Shown here piece after piece: positions 1 to 7,372 of a DNA stretch of 50,935 nucleotides. Both the position numbers and the translations under genes were made by a program. The notes under the pieces were generated by a model. It did no database searches. It saw only the letters and a list, made by a program, of their open reading frames with translations, and had not been told where the DNA came from. This DNA is from Tubiluchus corallicola (taxonomy: Eukaryota; Animalia; Priapulida): contig JAQGDQ010002424.1 in the NCBI GenBank assembly GCA_030141605.1, forward strand, positions 1 through 50,935. Direction: 5' to 3'. The number at the start of each line of letters is the position of its first letter. The stretch's first letter is position 1.

Positions 1-123
1 GATTTGCAAAATGTAGTGCCTATTCCCTCAGAAGAACAAATAGATAAAGGCAAGCCATTAGAGCAACAAGTGGAAAATAATGAAAAATTTTGGGAAAGCT
101 ATCATATAAAATCTCACCAATAA
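1..123 (+). CDS. 3' end of a gene entering from the left edge (hypothetical protein)
   Basis: Frame 1 is open from base 1: DLQNVVPIPSEEQIDKGKPLEQQVENNEKFWESYHIKSHQ, then TAA TAA; convergent with the next gene. Confidence 0.6.
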   Translation, partial: DLQNVVPIPSEEQIDKGKPLEQQVENNEKFWESYHIKSHQ

Positions 124-135
124 TAAAGTGAAATT

Positions 136-1149
136 TTATAAGTTGGTTAGAAATTTCATAGTGTCAACATTGTCTGGATAGTCTTCTATCCCAGGAGATT
201 GGGCTTTTCCAAAATTGAAATAATTGTCGTTGCACCCATCTTTTGAAACAATGCACTGTATTTTTTTTTTGTGCAAACCAATTAAGTAATCCAAGTTCTT
301 TTTGTCTTGATACTCTTCTACAAAAATAGTACTAATGGGGGCAAACAATTTTTTTTGGGGAATTAAGAAAGCAAATCCAGTGTCTAAGTGTGGGCTATTA
401 TTCATATTTAAAATAGCTTTTTGGTAATAGTAATTATTAGCATACTTGTTATGCTCTATCAAGTGCCTATAACTTTCCCAATGAGGTATCATTTCACTAC
501 AATTAAATTTAGAAGGAATAAAAATTTTAGAAACATTTCTGCACCCCAATCCAAAGTATGTAAAAATATCTTGCCCCAAACGCTCCCAATCACCACTATT
601 CTCTTCGCCATTGATGATAGCTATAGAAGTTCGATTTTTCCTTATGATATATGGTTTTTTGGCAAAATAGTATTCAAAATAGCGAGCCGTATTGTCGCTT
701 CCCGTAGCTATGATAGCATCACAGTGATTAATTTTTTCCACAAATGTAATTCTACTTTTCCATTTATGATTGATGTAGAACAACACCTCTGAAAGGAAAG
801 GTAGCAAAATGTCATCTTGTGAGCTTAACTTTATGTGTATGTTGTGTCCACTAAGTAATACAGACAAAAAATCATGAAACCCTACTAATGGAATATTGCC
901 TGCCATTACCACTCCCACACTCTTTTGCTTTGCAGTGGCTTCAATATCATATTTTGAAGTCCACTTTGTCAATGTATCGTACTGTACCATGCTATTATAC
1001 GACGCAATGGCAAAATCAATACTCTCTTCTGTAAACCATGGATTTTTTAAAAAAGCATTATTTTTTTGTTTTTTCCATTTGTTGTTAAACTTTTTGTTTA
1101 GTGTTGAAAACAACTCAATAAAGTTGCCTATTCTTTCGTTTAGGTTCAT
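136..1149 (-). CDS. Acyl-CoA reductase (LuxC-like, ALDH fold)
   Basis: Motifs NPWFT, VMAGNIPLVGFHD, IATGSDNTARYFEYYF, YFGLGCRNVSK typical of Bacteroidota acyl-CoA reductases. Confidence 0.9.
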   Translation of the reverse strand: MNLNERIGNFIELFSTLNKKFNNKWKKQKNNAFLKNPWFTEESIDFAIASYNSMVQYDTLTKWTSKYDIEATAKQKSVGVVMAGNIPLVGFHDFLSVLLSGHNIHIKLSSQDDILLPFLSEVLFYINHKWKSRITFVEKINHCDAIIATGSDNTARYFEYYFAKKPYIIRKNRTSIAIINGEENSGDWERLGQDIFTYFGLGCRNVSKIFIPSKFNCSEMIPHWESYRHLIEHNKYANNYYYQKAILNMNNSPHLDTGFAFLIPQKKLFAPISTIFVEEYQDKKNLDYLIGLHKKKIQCIVSKDGCNDNYFNFGKAQSPGIEDYPDNVDTMKFLTNL

Positions 1150-1279
1150 TTTGTTGTGAGATATATTTGCGTTTTAAAACACAAATATATTTTTTTTATT
1201 TTTATATTTTTCTATCTTTCGGCTTCTTATTGCAAGAAATGAAATAGTTTTTGATAACTAATTTAGATAAACAAACAAT

Positions 1280-1624
1280 ATGTCAATAAAAATAACAGAA
1301 GAGTGTATTAATTGTGGGGCGTGTGAACCAGAATGCCCAAATAATGCTATTTATGAAGGAGGAATGGAGTGGAGAATGAGAGACGGAATAACTGCAACAG
1401 AAATAACGTATAAAGGAAAGTTAATAGAAATGGATGAGTTACAGAAGCCACTATCTACAGACTTCTTTTATATAGTGTCTGAAAAATGTACAGAGTGTGT
1501 AGGCTTTTACGAAGAGCCTCAATGTATTTCTGTTTGCCCAGTAGATTGCTGTGTTGCGGATGAACATAACGAAGAGACACATGAAGAATTAATAGAAAAA
1601 AAAGAAAATTTGTATAAAAAATAA
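1280..1624 (+). CDS. 2x[4Fe-4S] ferredoxin (YfhL-like)
   Basis: CINCGACEPECP and CTECVGFYEEPQCISVCPVDCC cluster-binding motifs. Confidence 0.95.
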   Translation: MSIKITEECINCGACEPECPNNAIYEGGMEWRMRDGITATEITYKGKLIEMDELQKPLSTDFFYIVSEKCTECVGFYEEPQCISVCPVDCCVADEHNEETHEELIEKKENLYKK

Positions 1625-1632
1625 AAAAAAGT

Positions 1633-1663
1633 TTTGTGTTTTATTTTTTTTATTTTAAATTAG
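1633..1663 (+). promoter_or_regulatory. Putative Bacteroidota sigma-A promoter for a non-coding transcript
   Basis: TTTG (1633-1636), 19-nt spacer, TAAATTAG (1656-1663; one mismatch to TAnnTTTG) followed by CA. Confidence 0.5.
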
Positions 1664-1667
1664 CAAC

Positions 1668-1874
1668 GTGTTTAACTGATGAAAGAGAGAGAAGAGGTTT
1701 TATAACAAAAAAATTTTTAGTTGTTTTCTGCTGTATTTTGAGAATTTGCATTATTTTTAAATTATTAAATAATACTTTTAATGCGAATTATTGGTGTTTT
1801 TAAGCTGATTAGGTGCTTTTTCCTTTTATGTTATTCTCTCTCTTTTGTTTAATAGGCATTTAGTTAATGCTTAT
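1668..1874 (+). ncRNA. Candidate rod-shaped structured RNA (copy 1)
   Basis: 12-bp perfect long-range stem 1682-1693/1834-1845; nested 11-bp stem 1743-1753/1779-1789; 3' hairpin 1852-1860/1866-1874; the imperfect pairs are G-U on the + strand; promoter-like motif upstream. Confidence 0.45.
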
Positions 1875-2140
1875 ATCTTCAAAGTTTTTGAACAAACTCA
1901 AAAAAACCTCCATCTTAAAATCAGATAGTGATAATCTTTCCTATCAAGTCCTGTTAGTGGTAGTATTTTCTCCATAGGAGCAAAAAACTTGCAATATGCC
2001 TTTATTTCCCTATGAATATTGTATAGAAATTAGAAAAACACCAAAAATGGCTCAAGGTTGAAAAAAGTGAAAAGAACTTTAAAAAAGCTTTCTTTTAAAG
2101 TTCTTTTTCTTACTTTAGTAGATAACTGATGAAAGAGAGA
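1673..2140 (+). repeat. 18-bp exact direct repeat TAACTGATGAAAGAGAGA (1673-1690 and 2123-2140)
   Basis: Read directly; copies are 450 bp apart in the same intergenic region. Confidence 0.95.
2070..2107. terminator. Probable bidirectional intrinsic terminator
   Basis: 15-bp perfect inverted repeat AAAAGAACTTTAAAA / TTTTAAAGTTCTTTT, 8-nt loop, T-rich tails on both strands; stem is AT-rich. Confidence 0.6.
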
Positions 2141-2270
2141 TATATTTTTCCTCATGATTTCCTCAAGAAAGCGTCAAATTCCTCATCGCTCTTCCACCAT
2201 TAAGCTGTTGCAATATGTTCACATGCTTATTTTAGGGGGTATTAATTCTTTCTTTTTTGCTTTCCATCAG
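2123..2270. ncRNA. Candidate structured RNA (copy 2) and/or its antisense transcript
   Basis: CTGATGAAAG (2126-2135) pairs with CTTTCCATCAG (2260-2270); TACTTTAG at 2111-2118 on +; consensus promoter on - at 2284-2291; three TTCCTCA repeats. Confidence 0.4.
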
Positions 2271-2283
2271 GAAAATCGCAGTG

Positions 2284-2291
2284 CAAAAGTA
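2284..2291 (-). promoter_or_regulatory. Bacteroidota -7 promoter element TACTTTTG pointing into non-coding DNA
   Basis: Exact TAnnTTTG followed by CA; no sizeable - strand ORF downstream before the 2070-2107 hairpin. Confidence 0.6.
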
Positions 2292-2457
2292 CAAATATTT
2301 TTTTAATATTTATAATTCCTTATTCTTTTTATTGATAATTAGACAATTAAATTTTTGTAAGGTTTAATTTTTATGAAGTTATTTATAAAAATAATTTCAT
2401 AAAAGTTATATTTACCCTAAAAATCGCATAGCAATTCCGCTCTACCAAAAGCTATAT

Positions 2458-3390
2458 TTATTTTCTATTGTTCATAAAAGACACCAAATCAAAAACCTTG
2501 CTACTTTTATTTAGAACTAATTTTACGCAGCAAATGTTATTAAATTCTTTTGTTTTTTCCCCCTTATACCCCTTATTGTCAACAAATAACGCTGTTGACA
2601 ATACTTCAGCGTCAAGCGAAGAGGAGCTGCATACAGATGCAATAGATAATTTTTTTGTTATCTGCATAGTCGCAGGATCAATGATGTGATCATTAATAAT
2701 TACATTATTATTTTTGCCTACCTTTACATTACTTGAAGTAGATAAAGTTTCATTTTGTAATGAAAAATCATACAGACTTGTTTGGGGCTTGAAAACATTG
2801 TTTATACCCACCTTCCAGCAATCGCCATTTGGGTGCTTTCCCATAGCAAGTATTGTGCTATCGCCAAAGGAAACTAACGCATTTTGCACATCATATTTCT
2901 TTAATATCATCTTTACCTTTTCTAAGGCGTACCCTTTTGCAAAACCGCCTAAGTCTATTTTTGTGTCTTTATGTAAAAGGCTGATAGAGTGGTTTTTATT
3001 GTTAAGTTGTATTTTTTGTGTGCCTACAGACTTTTTTATTTCATTTGTTTTTTGCTTAGATAATTGAGCGTTATAGGCTTCAATTAATGGCGTAAAAGTA
3101 ATATCAAAACAGCCCTTTGTAAGTGAGTTGTATTTTTGGCATAAACCCAAAATATCAAATAGCTCATCATCTACCATAACCTCTTGTTTACCTGCCTGTT
3201 GATTAATGTAATAGACATCGCTCTTTTCATAAAAATAGCTCAATTTATTGTGCAACCTTTCCACTTCTTTCTTTATTGCTTTAAATGCAATATTTGCCGT
3301 CTTAAGATTTACATTTGTAAACAAAACATTGAATCTTGTACCCATAGAAAAAATAGAATCAAAAAAATATTTCTCTTTAATAGAGCTCAT
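2458..3390 (-). CDS. apbE: FAD:protein FMN transferase (ApbE family), no signal peptide
   Basis: MGT, FDIT, IDLGGFAKGYA, STS, HIIDP, AEVLSTALFV motifs. Confidence 0.9.
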   Translation of the reverse strand: MSSIKEKYFFDSIFSMGTRFNVLFTNVNLKTANIAFKAIKKEVERLHNKLSYFYEKSDVYYINQQAGKQEVMVDDELFDILGLCQKYNSLTKGCFDITFTPLIEAYNAQLSKQKTNEIKKSVGTQKIQLNNKNHSISLLHKDTKIDLGGFAKGYALEKVKMILKKYDVQNALVSFGDSTILAMGKHPNGDCWKVGINNVFKPQTSLYDFSLQNETLSTSSNVKVGKNNNVIINDHIIDPATMQITKKLSIASVCSSSSLDAEVLSTALFVDNKGYKGEKTKEFNNICCVKLVLNKSSKVFDLVSFMNNRK

Positions 3391-3473
3391 CTATGAAAAA
3401 CTATTTGCTTTTTAATGTATTCAATATGATTGTTTTTAAGCAAGACACCCAAATATCATTATCATTTAGGCTT

Positions 3474-4178
3474 TCAACTAACTGCCATTAAATAAGCTGG
3501 AATAGGTTGCAACATTTCAAATGTGTATACACCTGCGTCATTTTTTTCTGTGGGATTTTTTGCACTCATCAATGCCAACAATTCCTTAGGCACTTTTACC
3601 TTTGCATTATATGTAAATCTTATACCTGGGGAGTCTTGTATAGGTATCCAAGACCTTGCAAATATCGTTTGTGACTGAGTAAATAGAAAAGGATGCTGCT
3701 TGCCAGATGTTTGCTTTGGTGATAGCCATTGTAGAGCTTCTGCCTCTTTGCTTGTCTCATAGCTGATAGCAACACGCTTTGTTCGAGGAGTAATGGCAAT
3801 TTCTAAGGCTCTTCCTAAATGCTTATCCTCTTTTTGCAAAGAAAATGATGCGTCCAAATCGTCAATAGTAACGTTTTTAATAATAAGCTCTTTTGTATCT
3901 AAAATTAGCTTCTTTGCCCGTGACGATGGTGATATTGTAAGAGCAGCCGTTCCAATAATTTTCTTTTGATCAAAGTCAACTTCTACATCTAAATCTAAAT
4001 GTGTTACTTTGGCTTCATTTACATTAGCAAATGAGTGGGGGTCTTGTATCTCTTTCATATTTAAAGTTTTATTTCCTTTTTTATTGCAACAATAAAAGCT
4101 TATGCTAACCCACAGTATGAGTAATAAATGTCTAATAATTGTTTTCATCATATAATTATTGGCTTTTAATTTCATCAT
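3474..4178 (-). pseudogene. Truncated M1 aminopeptidase (leukotriene A4 hydrolase-like lipoprotein), N-terminal third only
   Basis: DPHSFAN, HLDLD, ALQWL, PFLFTQSQ, ARSWIPIQDSP, PIPAYL present; stops before the GxMEN and HExxH catalytic motifs; remainder not in window. Confidence 0.8.
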
Positions 4179-4262
4179 GTTAATTTTTTACGTAAAAATA
4201 TATTATTAATTTTAATGTTTCAAATGTATTAAAGAATTATTCTCAAGTTAACTACATAATAT

Positions 4263-5105
4263 ATGAAATATATTGGAGCACATGTAAGCGCCGAAGGAGG
4301 AGTGGAGAATGCACCCCTAAACGCAAAATCAATCAATGCAACAGCATTTGCTTTGTTTGTTAAAAACCAACGACAATGGCACGCTAAACCTCTTTCTGAA
4401 AGCAATATACTAAATTTTAAAGCAAATATTGCCTCTGTAGGTATTGATGAAAAATATATCTTGCCGCACGATAGTTATCTTATCAACTTGGGCAACCCTT
4501 TTAAGGAGAAAAGAGAAAAATCATTAGCTTCTTTCATTCACGAAATGCAACGATGTGAACAGTTGGGGTTACTGTATCTAAATACACACCCTGGTTCTCA
4601 TTTAAGGGAAATTTCTGAAAGCAAATGCCTTGATTTGATAGCTGAAAGCATAAATAAAGCTATTGATAAGACAGAGCACATTACTGTAGTTCTTGAAACC
4701 ACAGCAGGACAAGGGAGCAATGTTGGGTATAGGTTTGAACATTTAGCACACATTATCAACAAAGTAGAAAACAAGAAACGTATAGGCGTTTGTGTAGATA
4801 CTTGCCACATTTTTGCGGCGGGATATGACCTCGGCTCCAAAGAAGCCTATCAACTTACTTTTGAAATGTTTGAAGAAAATATAGAATGGTGCTATTTAAA
4901 AGGTGTCCACCTTAACGATTCCAAAATGCCATTAGGTAGCAAGGTAGATAGGCATCATTCTATTGGTCAAGGATTGATTGGAGATGATTTTTTTAAATTA
5001 TTTATGAATGATACTCGTTTTGACAATATGCCTATTGTGTTAGAAACAATAGATCATTCTATTTGGAAGCAAGAAATAGAGTTTCTATATGGCTTAATAG
5101 ATTGA
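4263..5105 (+). CDS. nfo: Endonuclease IV (AP endonuclease)
   Basis: IGAHVS, HDSYLINLG, HPGS, LETTAGQG, DTCH, HLNDSK, DRH zinc-ligand motifs. Confidence 0.96.
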   Translation: MKYIGAHVSAEGGVENAPLNAKSINATAFALFVKNQRQWHAKPLSESNILNFKANIASVGIDEKYILPHDSYLINLGNPFKEKREKSLASFIHEMQRCEQLGLLYLNTHPGSHLREISESKCLDLIAESINKAIDKTEHITVVLETTAGQGSNVGYRFEHLAHIINKVENKKRIGVCVDTCHIFAAGYDLGSKEAYQLTFEMFEENIEWCYLKGVHLNDSKMPLGSKVDRHHSIGQGLIGDDFFKLFMNDTRFDNMPIVLETIDHSIWKQEIEFLYGLID

Positions 5106-5129
5106 CGTTCATAAAAGCTTATTACATAC

Positions 5130-5990
5130 TTAAAGCATTAGTTCTACAACCACAGGAAAGTGGTCTGATAGATATCTATTGTGCTTTACTTCTGACAACA
5201 CTCCATATTGCAATATCTCTATTCTTTCATTGACAAAAACATAATCAATTCTATCAGTTATTTTTTTGTTAATATCAAACCCATTAAATGTGCCCACCTC
5301 TCCATAAGGAGCAGTTTTAGATATTTCCCTGCTGTCTCTTAAAAAGCTTTTTATTTTTTGAATTCCCTCTGTATCAGGAGTAAGATTAAAATCCCCCGTT
5401 AAAACAACAGGGAACTTACCTTCTGTTATTTCTTCAATCTTCTGTTTTATTAAGCTTGCAGAATTAAGCCTTGCCTCTTTTCCACGATGGTCAAAATGTG
5501 TATTAAAGACATAAAATACTTTTTTGCTTTTTTTGTGTTTAAACTTAGCATAAGAACAAATCCGAACAATGGCAGCATCCCAACCCTTAATAGGCAATGA
5601 TGGTTGTTGCTCATTAAGCCAAAAATTCCCACTATTCAACAAGGTAAAAATTTCAGTATTATATAAAATAGGTGAATACTCTCCTTGTTCTCCACCATCT
5701 CGCCCTACTCCTACATGCTCCCATCCATCAAGCCCTTGCAACATATCTTCCAACTGCTGATGTAATACCTCTTGAGCACAAACAATATCTGCCTTGTGGA
5801 ATAACAATGATGCAATTAGGTCATCTTTTCTATTGTCCCAATAATTATCATTATCATTCACGTTAGCATATCTAACATTATATGAAAATATAGTAAAGGA
5901 AGTCTTTTTTTTTGCCATTGTTTTATTAGGTAGCAATAAAGCTAAGGTTAGAAATATTTTACAATAAAATAATAAAGAAAATTTGCTCAT
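5130..5990 (-). CDS. Exported endonuclease/exonuclease/phosphatase (EEP) family protein
   Basis: Signal peptide; SYNVR, QE, GVGRD, NTHFDH, GDFN, IDYVF, SDHFPV. Confidence 0.9.
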   Translation of the reverse strand: MSKFSLLFYCKIFLTLALLLPNKTMAKKKTSFTIFSYNVRYANVNDNDNYWDNRKDDLIASLLFHKADIVCAQEVLHQQLEDMLQGLDGWEHVGVGRDGGEQGEYSPILYNTEIFTLLNSGNFWLNEQQPSLPIKGWDAAIVRICSYAKFKHKKSKKVFYVFNTHFDHRGKEARLNSASLIKQKIEEITEGKFPVVLTGDFNLTPDTEGIQKIKSFLRDSREISKTAPYGEVGTFNGFDINKKITDRIDYVFVNERIEILQYGVLSEVKHNRYLSDHFPVVVELML

Positions 5991-6101
5991 GAGCTTACTG
6001 TGTTATCTGTATTAAAACACTTAATCTATGTACAAATATATAATTTTAAATAAATCCAAAGCAAAAAATATTAATTAAAAAACCATTACAAACTGAAGCT
6101 T

Positions 6102-6566
6102 TTATAATGCAGTAAAAAACTTTTGGCAAATTTTTGATAAGTATTCTTCATCAAACTTATCAAAGGCACTAAATTGATTGGAGTCTACGTCTAATACTGC
6201 CACTATTTCTCTTCTTTCATTAAAAACAGGCAACACAATTTCCGAATTCGTAGAGCTAGAGCAAGCAATGTGATAAGAGATTTTATGCACATCATCTATG
6301 AGTTGGACTTTTTGCGTTGTAGCACACCTACCACATATTCCTCTGTCAATACTTATGTTTGTACAAGCAACACTACCACAATACGGCCCCACTTTAAGCA
6401 TCTTATCACCTACTAATCTGTAAAATCCTACCCAGTCAAATGTTGAAAATCGTTCATATAATATGGCACTAATAGTAGACATTTTTGCTATCAAATCGCG
6501 TTCTTCAGCCAAAATATTAGTCAAGTCTGTTATAATTTTTTGGTAACACTGTACTTTATTTTCCAT
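6102..6566 (-). CDS. msrC: GAF-domain protein, free methionine-(R)-sulfoxide reductase-like
   Basis: WVGFY, GPY, GICG, HIACS..TNSEIVLP, VLDVDS; start taken at MENKVQ to avoid overlap with rnhB. Confidence 0.8.
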   Translation of the reverse strand: MENKVQCYQKIITDLTNILAEERDLIAKMSTISAILYERFSTFDWVGFYRLVGDKMLKVGPYCGSVACTNISIDRGICGRCATTQKVQLIDDVHKISYHIACSSSTNSEIVLPVFNERREIVAVLDVDSNQFSAFDKFDEEYLSKICQKFFTAL

Positions 6567-6583
6567 AGATATGTTTTGATTTT

Positions 6584-7183
6584 TTATTGAAATAAATTTA
6601 ATTGTTTGGCACAAATACGAAAAGACCTTCTGTGATATAGCGTTATTCCATACTTTTCTATCGCATCAAGATGCTTTTTTGTTGGATACCCTACATTTGT
6701 CTCCCATTGATAATGTTTATGTTTTTTGGCTAATAATTGCATCTTTTCGTCTCTATGAGTTTTTGCCAACACCGACGCCGCTGCTATTGAAAAATACATA
6801 TCATCCCCCTTTACGATACACTGGTGTGATATATCATTGAATGGGTTAAACCTATTTCCATCTACCAATATTAAGGTAGGCGTGTGTTTAAGCAAAGATA
6901 AAGCCTTGTGCATTGCCAAAAAAGAAGCATTAAGAATATTAACCTTGTCAATAACACCATTGTCAACCTCCGCTATGGAATAGTCTATAGCAGAACGCAC
7001 AATTTCATCTTTTAGTTGGCTGCGAAGCTTAGGAGTAAGTTTTTTAGAGTCTCTTAATAAAGTGTTGGTATAATCTGGTGGCAATATCACAGCCGCTGCC
7101 ACAACAGGTCCCGCCAAACACCCCCTGCCTGCCTCATCACACCCCGCCTCTACTTCTCCAATACAATAACATGATTTAAGCAT
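6584..7183 (-). CDS. rnhB: Ribonuclease HII
   Basis: GCDEAGRGCLAGPVVAAAV, DSKKL, VDGN, KGD, SIAAASVLAK, GYPT, HRRSF. Confidence 0.97.
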   Translation of the reverse strand: MLKSCYCIGEVEAGCDEAGRGCLAGPVVAAAVILPPDYTNTLLRDSKKLTPKLRSQLKDEIVRSAIDYSIAEVDNGVIDKVNILNASFLAMHKALSLLKHTPTLILVDGNRFNPFNDISHQCIVKGDDMYFSIAAASVLAKTHRDEKMQLLAKKHKHYQWETNVGYPTKKHLDAIEKYGITLYHRRSFRICAKQLNLFQ

Positions 7184-7372
7184 AAATAATAAATTATTTT
7201 ATGTTTATAACCTTTTTCCTTATTTTTTAAGTGCTAAAATTATAGATTAAAAGAAAAACTAAATTATGAAATTTATCGTTATCTAAAAAAATTACTTTAT
7301 TTTTGTAAATATGTTTGTCATATAAAATTAATTTTCTACCTTTACGTAGAATTTTATTCTTACAATAAAACT

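Noticed and set aside
1677-1808. Box C/D or kink-turn (UGAUGA ... CUGA)
   Set aside because: Flanking pairing does not give the canonical 3-nt bulge, and it conflicts with the stronger 12-bp stem
1676-1850. Hammerhead ribozyme (CUGAUGA core in both repeat copies)
   Set aside because: No GAAA after the would-be stem II and no stem III/NUH arrangement found
1904-1975. Short - strand ORF MEKILPLTGLDRKDYHYLILRWRFF (coordinates approximate)
   Set aside because: 25 codons, no recognisable motif or promoter; expected by chance
1673-2140. CRISPR array
   Set aside because: Only two 18-bp copies 450 bp apart; no cas genes
4263-7183. Anti-phage nuclease cluster (nfo, EEP, GAF, rnhB)
   Set aside because: All are ordinary repair or housekeeping families in mixed orientation; the EEP protein is exported
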